From: Pseudomonas aeruginosa
GTDB lineage: Bacteria > Pseudomonadota > Gammaproteobacteria > Pseudomonadales > Pseudomonadaceae
DNA: 32,000 bases
Assembly: GCF_001457615.1 (NCBI RefSeq)
Contig: NZ_LN831024.1
Coordinates: 330,001-362,000, forward strand
Direction of reading: 5' to 3'
Position numbers and translations under genes: made by a program. Below, piece by piece: positions 25,592 through 32,000 of this stretch. Every line of letters starts with the position of its first letter. Position 1 is the first letter of the stretch. The notes beneath the pieces were generated by a model. The model searched no databases, was not told where the DNA came from, and saw only the letters and a list, made by a program, of their open reading frames with translations.

Positions 25592-26517
25592 GGCTGGCCT
25601 CCGCCGGCGTTGGCCCGGAAGCGCAGGTTGTAGATCAGCATCGCCAGCAGGACGAAGGCCAGCAGGGCGAACGAAAGGGCGGCGCCGAACGGCCAGTTGT
25701 GCGCGGTACCGAATTGCAGCTGGATCAGGTTGCCGATCATCAGCGCCTTACCGCCGCCGAGCAATTCCGGAATGATGTAGCTGCCCAGGGCCGGGATGAA
25801 TACCAGGATGCAGCCGGCGACTATCCCCGGCATCGCCAGCGGCACGATCACCCGGCGCAGCGCTTTCCAGCGGTTGGCGCCGAGGTCGAATGCCGCCTCC
25901 ACCAGGCGCCAGTCCATCTTTTCCAGGCTGCTGTAGATCGGCAGCACCATGAACGGCAGGTAGGTATAAAGGAGGCCGATGATCACCGCGTTGTCGGTAT
26001 AGAGCAGCCCCATCCCGGTGTCGGTCAGGCCGATGCCTTGCAGGCCGGCGTCCACCAGCCCGCCGTTGCGCAGCAGCAGGATCCAGGCGTAGACCCGCAC
26101 CAGCAGGTTGGTCCAGAACGGCACGGTGACCAGGAACAGCAGCAGGTTGCGCCGGCGTTCCGGCTGCAACGCCAGGTACAGCGCGGTGGGGAAGCCGAGC
26201 GCCAGGCAGCCGAGGGTGGTCAGCAGCGACAGCCAGAACGAGCGCTGGAAGATGCCCAGGTAGTCGGCGTTGAACACCAGGCTGTCGTCCAGGTCGCGTT
26301 CCCAGAGGAAATTGAGGTAGGCCTCCAGGCTGTGCTGGCCCCATTTCACTCCGCCGTAGTCGCCGGATTGCTGGATCGACACGGCGAACATGATGCCCAG
26401 CGGGATCACCAGGAACAGCACCAGCATCAGCATCGCCGGGCTGCTCAGCAGCAGGCGCCGACGCAGCTGCCGGCGTTCGGCCGACTGTTGCGCGGTAGGT
26501 CGGCCGGCGGTGCTCAT
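25588..26517 (-). CDS. ABC transporter permease (PotB/PotH-like)
   Basis: 309-aa polytopic protein with EAA loop [22 protein letters not shown]. Its start overlaps the ATPase stop. Confidence 0.85.
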   Translation of the reverse strand: MSTAGRPTAQQSAERRQLRRRLLLSSPAMLMLVLFLVIPLGIMFAVSIQQSGDYGGVKWGQHSLEAYLNFLWERDLDDSLVFNADYLGIFQRSFWLSLLTTLGCLALGFPTALYLALQPERRRNLLLFLVTVPFWTNLLVRVYAWILLLRNGGLVDAGLQGIGLTDTGMGLLYTDNAVIIGLLYTYLPFMVLPIYSSLEKMDWRLVEAAFDLGANRWKALRRVIVPLAMPGIVAGCILVFIPALGSYIIPELLGGGKALMIGNLIQLQFGTAHNWPFGAALSFALLAFVLLAMLIYNLRFRANAGGGQP

Positions 26518-27575
26518 TCGGCGAGCACCCGGATGGCGGCGGCGGGAATCCGCACCCGCACCTTCGCCCCCGGACTGTGCGGGCAGCGTGCGCCGTCGCG
26601 GTTCTGCTGGCGCACGCGGAAGCCCGGCTGTCCGGCCACGTTCAGGTGGTAGACGGTATCGGTGCCGACATAGACGATGTTTTCCAGCACGCCTTCCAAC
26701 TGGCCGTCGGCGGCCAGTTCGGTGCGCTCCGGGCGGATCGCCAGGGTCACAGCGCCGCTGCCCGGGGTCGTCGCGGCCAGCCGCTGGCCGTCCGCCAGGC
26801 GCACGCCGTCGGCGTCGGCCTGGCCCTCGAGGAAGTTGGTTTCGCCGATGAAGTCGGCGACCGCCCGGTTCAGCGGCGCCTCGTAGATGTCGCTGGGCGT
26901 GCCGACCTGCAACACCTTGCCCTTGCTCATCACCGCGATGCGGTCGGACATGGTCAGCGCTTCCTCCTGGTCGTGGGTGACGAAGATGAAGGTGATCCCG
27001 GTCTCGTGCTGCAGGCGCTTCAGCTCGATCTGCATTTCCTTGCGCAGCTTCAGGTCCAGCGCCGACAGCGACTCGTCGAGCAGCAGCACCTTGGGCCGGC
27101 TGGCCAGCGCGCGGGCCAGGGCGATGCGTTGCTGCTGGCCACCGGACAACTGGTCGGCGCGGCGCTTGCCGACCTCCGGCAGCTTCACCAGGTCGAGCAT
27201 GCGGCTCACGGTGGCGTCGATCTCGCTGCGCGGGCGGCCCTGCATCTCCAGGCCGAAGCCGATGTTGTCGGCGACGCTCATGTGCGGGAACAGCGCATAA
27301 CTCTGGAACACCGTGTTGACCGGGCGGCGGAACGGCGGCAGGCCTTCCATGTGTTCGCCATAGAGGCGGATGCTGCCGGAACTGGGCTGTTCGAAGCCGG
27401 CGATGAGGCGGAGGAGGGTGGTCTTGCCGCAGCCGGAAGGGCCGAGGAGGGTGAAGAATTCGTTGGCGTGGATATCCAGGGACACATCGTCAAGGGCCTT
27501 CAGGCCTTGGCCGGGGGTACCGAATTCCATGCAGATCCGCTCGATGGCTATCGCGCTGGTCATGCTGAATTCCAT
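26514..27575 (-). CDS. ABC transporter ATP-binding protein (PotA-like)
   Basis: 353 aa. Walker [10 protein letters not shown], signature [14 protein letters not shown], Walker B VLLLDES and H-loop VTHDQEEA. The start is ambiguous (ATG at 27575 or 27563) and neither has a clear SD. Confidence 0.85.
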   Translation of the reverse strand: MEFSMTSAIAIERICMEFGTPGQGLKALDDVSLDIHANEFFTLLGPSGCGKTTLLRLIAGFEQPSSGSIRLYGEHMEGLPPFRRPVNTVFQSYALFPHMSVADNIGFGLEMQGRPRSEIDATVSRMLDLVKLPEVGKRRADQLSGGQQQRIALARALASRPKVLLLDESLSALDLKLRKEMQIELKRLQHETGITFIFVTHDQEEALTMSDRIAVMSKGKVLQVGTPSDIYEAPLNRAVADFIGETNFLEGQADADGVRLADGQRLAATTPGSGAVTLAIRPERTELAADGQLEGVLENIVYVGTDTVYHLNVAGQPGFRVRQQNRDGARCPHSPGAKVRVRIPAAAIRVLAE

Positions 27576-27804
27576 GCAGTCAAGCAGTTGTTATTGTTGA
27601 GGTTTTGCGGTTTCTGGGGCCCGCTTCACCTGCTGCGGTTCGATAATGACCGGGGCGCCGCGGGCGCAGAACGATAGATGCGGCCAATAAGGGATCGAAC
27701 AGGCCAATCTGGTGGCGCTGGAAGAAGACTGCGGATGCTCTCTTGTCGTCTCTTTCGGACAGGAAACTCGGACCTGTCTGAGTCGCCCGGGCGGCTGGCT
27801 GACT

Positions 27805-27837
27805 TTAAGCTTGGCTTCAGCCTGGAGCCGTAGCTTG
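27805..27837 (+). promoter_or_regulatory. BqsR/CarR-box-type repeat (TTAAG-N6-TTCAG) within a 33-bp block shared with the carO upstream region
   Basis: TTAAGcttggcTTCAG at 27805-27820. Aligning 27805-27837 with 20351-20383 gives 25/33 identical positions by hand count, including TTAAGC, TGG, TTCAGC and CGTAGC. It lies 71 bp upstream of the carP ATG. Confidence 0.6.
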
Positions 27838-27890
27838 CGTAGGAAAGGTCGGGCGCAGCCCGTTTCCATACAGCGTACAGGCTCTATGCT

Positions 27891-28856
27891 ATGACTATCC
27901 ACGCCCAAACTCCCGAGCCGTTTTCCATGTCCCGAGCTTTTACGCCTCGCCGTCTGCTGCTGGCCGTCCTGCTGGTCGCGCTGGCCGCGCTGGTCCTTCT
28001 TGGCCAGAGCTTCCGCGTCTTCGACCGGGCCTGGTTCGCCGTCCAGGAGTGGCGTCACGCCGATGCCTGGAAAGAGCGCTCGATATGGCTGCCGGACTAC
28101 CGCGTGCGGATCGAGGCGCAGCCCATCGAGGGGTTGAACGACGACGTTTCCGCGCTGACCTTCGATCCCGACCGGCGCACCCTGTTCACCGTGACCAACC
28201 AGCCGGCGCAGATCATCGAGCTGTCCTTGCAGGGCAAGGTACTGCGGACCATCCCGCTGACCGGCTTCGGCGACGCCGAGGCCATCGAGTACATCAGCCG
28301 CGGTGTCTACGTGATCACCGACGAGCGCCAGCAACGCCTGGTCAAGGTGCGCCTGGAGGACGATACGCGCTTCATCGACGCTGCCGATGCCCAGCAGCTT
28401 TCGCTGGGTATCGGCCTCAACGGCAACAAGGGTTTCGAGGGGCTGGCCTACGACGCCGAGGGCAAGCGCCTGTTCGTCGCCAAGGAGCGCGACCCGGTGC
28501 GCATCTACGAGATCCACGGTTTTCCCCACACCCAGGCGGACAAACCGTTCGCCGTGCACGTGGTGGACGACCCCGGGCGCGACAAGCGCCTGTTCGTCCG
28601 CGACCTGTCCAGCCTACAGTTCGACGAGGGCACCGGGCACCTGCTGGCGTTGTCCGACGAGTCGCGTCTGGTAGTCGAGCTGGACACCGACGGCGAGCCG
28701 GTCAGCACCCTGTCGCTGCTGCGCGGCATGCACGGCCTGAAGCGCAGCGTGCCGCAGGCCGAGGGCGTGGCGATGGACGACCGTGGCGTGCTCTACCTGG
28801 TCAGCGAGCCGAACCTGTTCTACGTGTTCAGCAAGGACGAGCCGGCGCAGCCCTGA
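27891..28856 (+). CDS. carP: SdiA-regulated-domain / YjiK-like beta-propeller protein (calcium-regulated beta-propeller protein)
   Basis: 321 aa with N-terminal TM anchor RRLLLAVLLVALAALVLLG. Propeller blocks are shared with the 19400-20332 product. Its position before aaaA matches PA0327/CarP as I recall it. An alternative start at 27927 (MSRAF...) aligns better with the paralog N-terminus. Confidence 0.8.
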   Translation: MTIHAQTPEPFSMSRAFTPRRLLLAVLLVALAALVLLGQSFRVFDRAWFAVQEWRHADAWKERSIWLPDYRVRIEAQPIEGLNDDVSALTFDPDRRTLFTVTNQPAQIIELSLQGKVLRTIPLTGFGDAEAIEYISRGVYVITDERQQRLVKVRLEDDTRFIDAADAQQLSLGIGLNGNKGFEGLAYDAEGKRLFVAKERDPVRIYEIHGFPHTQADKPFAVHVVDDPGRDKRLFVRDLSSLQFDEGTGHLLALSDESRLVVELDTDGEPVSTLSLLRGMHGLKRSVPQAEGVAMDDRGVLYLVSEPNLFYVFSKDEPAQP

Positions 28857-28866
28857 CGCGGCCTAC

Positions 28867-28887
28867 GGGGACGGCAGGAGCGTCCCC
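28867..28887. terminator. Hairpin between convergent carP and aaaA
   Basis: GGGGACG-gcaggag-CGTCCCC: 7-bp stem in the 39-bp gap, with no U-tract. Confidence 0.45.
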
Positions 28888-28895
28888 TGGCCCGC

Positions 28896-30839
28896 TCAGA
28901 ACTGCCAGTTCACCCCGAGCGAATAGCCCGCCTGGTTGCCTTCGCTGTGGGCGAAGCGGCTGTTGGCTTCGGCGAAGACCCCGAGCTGCTCGGTGATCGC
29001 CAGTTGCGCGCCAAGCTGGGCGCGGCCGAAATCCTTGTCCACGCCGCCCATGTCGGCGACCCGGACACGCCCGTCGCCGCGGCTGGTCAGGTCCATGTCG
29101 TCCAGGCGTCCGTCCGCCAGCTCGCGGACCCAGCGCAGGCTGGCGTAGGGTTGCAGGCGCATTCTCGCGCCCAGCGCCAGCTCGCCGCGCAGGCGCCAGC
29201 CGAGACTCGCCTCCAGCGAGTCGTAGTCCTGCTTCTCGTAGCCGAGTGCGGTACGCAGGGCCTCGTCCTCGCGGAAGTCGTCGATGCGGTAGTGCATGTA
29301 GTCGAGGCCGGCCAGCGGCCCGCTCCGCAGTTCGCCGAAGCTGAAGTCATAGCCGCCTTCCAGCCGGGCGCCCCAGGACCAGGCCGAGGTGTCGCCCGAC
29401 AGACGCTGGTCGAGCAGCACCGGCCCGCCGGCGGCCTGGAGGTAGACCGAACGCTTGCTGTCGTAGCGGGTATGCCCGAGGTTCAGCTCGCCGGCCAGCC
29501 ATTCCGGACCGCCGTCGTTGTACAGGCCGAACAGGCCGAGCTGCCAGGTGTCGCCCTCGATGCGCCCACCATGGTCCAGCTTGTCGCGGCTGCGCTGGAA
29601 GGCCAGGCTGCCGCCGAGGGTCAGGGCCTCGCTGTAGCGGTAGTCGCCGAGCAGATGCACGCCGGCGCGCCTGGACTCCGGATTGCCAGGCATGTCGAAA
29701 CCGCTGTCCGGCGAGACCTCGCCCTCCGCGCCCACCTCGCCGTCGAAGCTGCCTACCGGCCGGTTGCTGCCGAGCAGGGTCAGCCAGCGGCGGTCGTGCA
29801 GGCGGGTCAGTGCCTGGTGCTGGCGCTGCAACTGGTCTTCCATCTGCCGCGCCAGGGCGCCGCCGGAGGCGGTGGAGGCCAGCAGGTCGGCGTTGGTCAG
29901 CTCCAGCACCAGGCGCGTCAGCAGGCGGGAAAAGTCGCGCATGCGTTGCTCGATGCGCTCCTGGCCGAGGGCGTTGGTCAGTACTTCCTTGTTGTCCTCG
30001 GCCGGGTCGTGCCAGGTTGAGCCGCCGGGAATCGCCGGGTTGTCGGTCTGCTCGTAGCCGTCCAGGTCGCCCAGTTCCCAGTTGGTCGCCTCGATGAACA
30101 ACACCGGGATGTCCATCCCGTTGAAGCTTTCGCCGTCGCTGCAGCAGCCGGTACCCGCCGGGTATTCGGCGTTCAGGCCGGGGTTGGTGAACAGCGGGAT
30201 GTCCAGCTCGCGGGCGATGCGCAGGATCTGTTCGCGGTAGGCGCCGAGGGCCGGGTTGGACACGCTGTTGGAGCCGGCATGGGCGTACATCTTGTCGCCG
30301 GTGACCAGGCTGTCGAGGTTGATCATTCCCAGCAGGTTGGCGCGCTGGCTGGCGTCGAGGGACTCGACGTAGGCACGCGAACCGCGCAGGCCTTCCTCCT
30401 CGGCGCCGAAACCGACCACCTCGAGGCCGTTCTCCAGGGCGATGCCGCCGAGGTTGTGGGCGATCTCGGTGAGCACCGCCGCGCCCGAGGCGTTATCGTC
30501 CAGGCCCTGCAGGGTCGGGCGACCGTAGTAGGTGTCGTAGTGCGCGCCGAGTACCAGGAACTTCCCGCTGCTACCGGGCGCCGAGGCGATGACGTTCTGC
30601 GAACTGCGGTTGCCGGCCCAGGTGAAGTCCTGGCGACTGGTCTGGTAGCCGAAGCCCAGGCGCGACTGCATCAGTTCGCTGGCGCCGGCGAAGCTGGCGG
30701 TGCCGCGATAGCGGCCCGGGTAGTCGGTGATCAGGCGCTCCAGGGTCTCCCCGGCGTATTCCCCGTATTGGTAGGCGTTGGCGCCCAACGACAGCGCGGC
30801 ACATCCCAGGCCTACAGCGACAGCTAATGGTTTGAACAC
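28896..30839 (-). CDS. aaaA: Autotransporter with M28-family aminopeptidase passenger (arginine-specific aminopeptidase)
   Basis: C-terminal beta-barrel ending ...GYSLGVNWQF (aromatic terminal residue). Passenger with M28 motifs (VLGAHYDTY, DDNASGAAVL, GFGAEEEGLRGS). The start is assigned to the GTG at 30839, behind GAGGAAAG, which gives (M)FKPLAVAVGLGCAALSLGANA/YQ and 647 aa. The longest ORF (ATG 30917) adds 26 non-signal-like residues. Confidence 0.85.
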   Translation of the reverse strand: MFKPLAVAVGLGCAALSLGANAYQYGEYAGETLERLITDYPGRYRGTASFAGASELMQSRLGFGYQTSRQDFTWAGNRSSQNVIASAPGSSGKFLVLGAHYDTYYGRPTLQGLDDNASGAAVLTEIAHNLGGIALENGLEVVGFGAEEEGLRGSRAYVESLDASQRANLLGMINLDSLVTGDKMYAHAGSNSVSNPALGAYREQILRIARELDIPLFTNPGLNAEYPAGTGCCSDGESFNGMDIPVLFIEATNWELGDLDGYEQTDNPAIPGGSTWHDPAEDNKEVLTNALGQERIEQRMRDFSRLLTRLVLELTNADLLASTASGGALARQMEDQLQRQHQALTRLHDRRWLTLLGSNRPVGSFDGEVGAEGEVSPDSGFDMPGNPESRRAGVHLLGDYRYSEALTLGGSLAFQRSRDKLDHGGRIEGDTWQLGLFGLYNDGGPEWLAGELNLGHTRYDSKRSVYLQAAGGPVLLDQRLSGDTSAWSWGARLEGGYDFSFGELRSGPLAGLDYMHYRIDDFREDEALRTALGYEKQDYDSLEASLGWRLRGELALGARMRLQPYASLRWVRELADGRLDDMDLTSRGDGRVRVADMGGVDKDFGRAQLGAQLAITEQLGVFAEANSRFAHSEGNQAGYSLGVNWQF

Positions 30840-31128
30840 GGCACTTTCCTCTGTGTCGGTACGATGGTGCATCGAATGATGCTCGCGCCGCGGAAAGCAG
30901 GATGCGGACCGTTTCATGTCCCGGTGGCACGAAGTGACGCCTGGTCGACCTGCGGTGTCGCCAGGTTGTAAGAAGCGTCGCTCCTGGCGATGGGCGGGAA
31001 GCTTCGTGCTGGACGTAGTGTTACCGGCGATGGCCGGTACTGGGGCGTGACTTCCCGTTTCGGGGCTTGGTAACCGCGAGCGGTCGATTTACAGTGCTCG
31101 CCCTGCCGATCTCCTGGATACCCGTCGC

Positions 31129-31854
31129 ATGAACATTTTCCGCGAAGCCCTGCTCAACCGTCGCCTGAAGAAGGCCCTGGCACGTCACGGTTGCCGCATG
31201 GCCAGCGGGGTCGAGACGCTGCGCGACGGCACGCAGGTGACGCTGGAGCCGAACGTGAAGCTGGGCAAGGCGAAGATCCATTCGCCGGCACTGGAGGTCG
31301 GCGCCTATACCGACGTGGTCAGCGGCTGCGAGTTCTTGGAGGTGGCCAGCATCGGCCGCTTCTGCTCGATCGCCACCGGGGTGGTGATCGGTCAGCCGCG
31401 CCGCTCGCATCCAATGCACTGGCTGAGCACCCACGCCTTCACCGCCAATCCGAAGCTGTTGCGCAAGCCGTTGCAGCCCGAGCGCGAAGCGACCCCGGCG
31501 CGGATCGGCCACGATGTATGGATCGGGCGCGACGCGCTGATCCTCGATGGGGTGGAGATCGGCACCGGCGCGGTGATCGGCGCGCAATCGCTGGTCAATC
31601 GCGACGTGCCGCCCTACGCGGTGGTGGCGGGCTCGCCGGCGCGGGTGCTCCGCTATCGCTTCGCGCCGGAGCTGATCGAGCGACTGCTGGCGAGTCGCTG
31701 GTGGGAGTTGCCGCTGGACGTGCTTGGCGAATTGCCGCTGGACGATCCGCAGGCCTGCGTCGAGGCGCTGGAGCGTCGGCCGCCGCAGGCGTGCCAGGAG
31801 GCGCGGCGCTTGCGCATCCGGCACAAGCCGTTCGCCATCGAATGGCTGTCCTGA
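31129..31854 (+). CDS. Hexapeptide-repeat (left-handed beta-helix) acetyltransferase, XAT class (Vat/CatB-like)
   Basis: 241 aa. Contains [75 protein letters not shown] and a C-terminal [10 protein letters not shown], all resembling XAT-family signatures. The start is uncertain because there is no clear SD. Confidence 0.75.
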   Translation: MNIFREALLNRRLKKALARHGCRMASGVETLRDGTQVTLEPNVKLGKAKIHSPALEVGAYTDVVSGCEFLEVASIGRFCSIATGVVIGQPRRSHPMHWLSTHAFTANPKLLRKPLQPEREATPARIGHDVWIGRDALILDGVEIGTGAVIGAQSLVNRDVPPYAVVAGSPARVLRYRFAPELIERLLASRWWELPLDVLGELPLDDPQACVEALERRPPQACQEARRLRIRHKPFAIEWLS

Positions 31855-31862
31855 GGCCCGCA

Positions 31863-31886
31863 GCCGCCGCCGGTGTCGACGGCGGC
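31863..31886. terminator. Hairpin between convergent genes
   Basis: GCCGCCGCCG-gtgt-CGACGGCGGC: 9 of 10 positions paired, with a 4-nt loop and no U-tract. Confidence 0.4.
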
Positions 31887-31896
31887 CAGGGCTGGG

Positions 31897-32000
31897 TCAG
31901 CTTTCGTCGCTGAGACCGGCTTCCGGCGCTGCGCGCTTCACCGACTGCACGCCGGCTTCGGCGTTGGCCTGGCTGGCATAGAGCTGGCTCTGGCCGACGA
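31897..32000 (-). CDS. 3' end of an unidentified minus-strand gene (truncated by the window edge)
   Basis: Frame open to the window edge, ending ...VGQSQLYASQANAEAGVQSVKRAAPEAGLSDES-stop. Third-codon positions are strongly G/C-biased, as in the genuine genes here. No family call is possible from 34 residues. Confidence 0.4.
   Translation of the reverse strand, partial: VGQSQLYASQANAEAGVQSVKRAAPEAGLSDES

Noticed and set aside
30925-30940. TGGCAC-N5-... resembling a sigma-54 -24 element in the aaaA/acetyltransferase intergenic region
   Set aside because: The -12 position reads GACG instead of TTGC, so the conserved GC is out of register. It is therefore only half a motif, which is easily produced by chance in GC-rich DNA.

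Overview
High-GC (about 66%) gamma-proteobacterial chromosome. From memory, gene content and order match the Pseudomonas aeruginosa PAO1 core region from about PA0301 to PA0329. I could not run any alignment to confirm this. I call 30 complete CDS plus one partial CDS. Left to right they are: spuEFGH (polyamine ABC importer); the AHL acylase hacB with a divergent AraC-family regulator; seven small genes of mostly unknown function; an ATPase-less cyst(e)ine-type ABC pair; a DUF4399 protein; serA divergent from a FAD-linked D-2-hydroxyglutarate dehydrogenase-like gene; an FAH-family gene; a YjiK/SdiA-regulated beta-propeller gene; carO; an operon of an APC permease and an acetylpolyamine amidohydrolase; a second PotABCD-type importer; carP; the autotransporter aminopeptidase aaaA; and an XAT-class hexapeptide acetyltransferase. 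I found no rRNA, tRNA, CRISPR array, transposase, integrase or obvious horizontally acquired island. Many long ORFs in the six-frame track are stop-poor antisense or off-frame artefacts typical of high-GC DNA. I did not find a clear new multi-gene system. The observations most worth following up are five. (1) Phased TTAAG direct repeats (BqsR/CarR-box type) lie upstream of both carO and carP, inside a shared block of about 33 bp, and these two genes bracket a polyamine/acetylpolyamine module. (2) An 86-bp junction duplication between spuG and spuH creates a 29-codon bridging ORF with its own copy of the spuH ribosome-binding site. (3) A 50-bp nested inverted repeat sits in the hacB/AraC divergent promoter. 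(4) Three consecutive divergent pairs each combine an exported protein with a cytoplasmic enzyme. (5) A 420-bp non-coding gap lies upstream of the permease-deacetylase operon.
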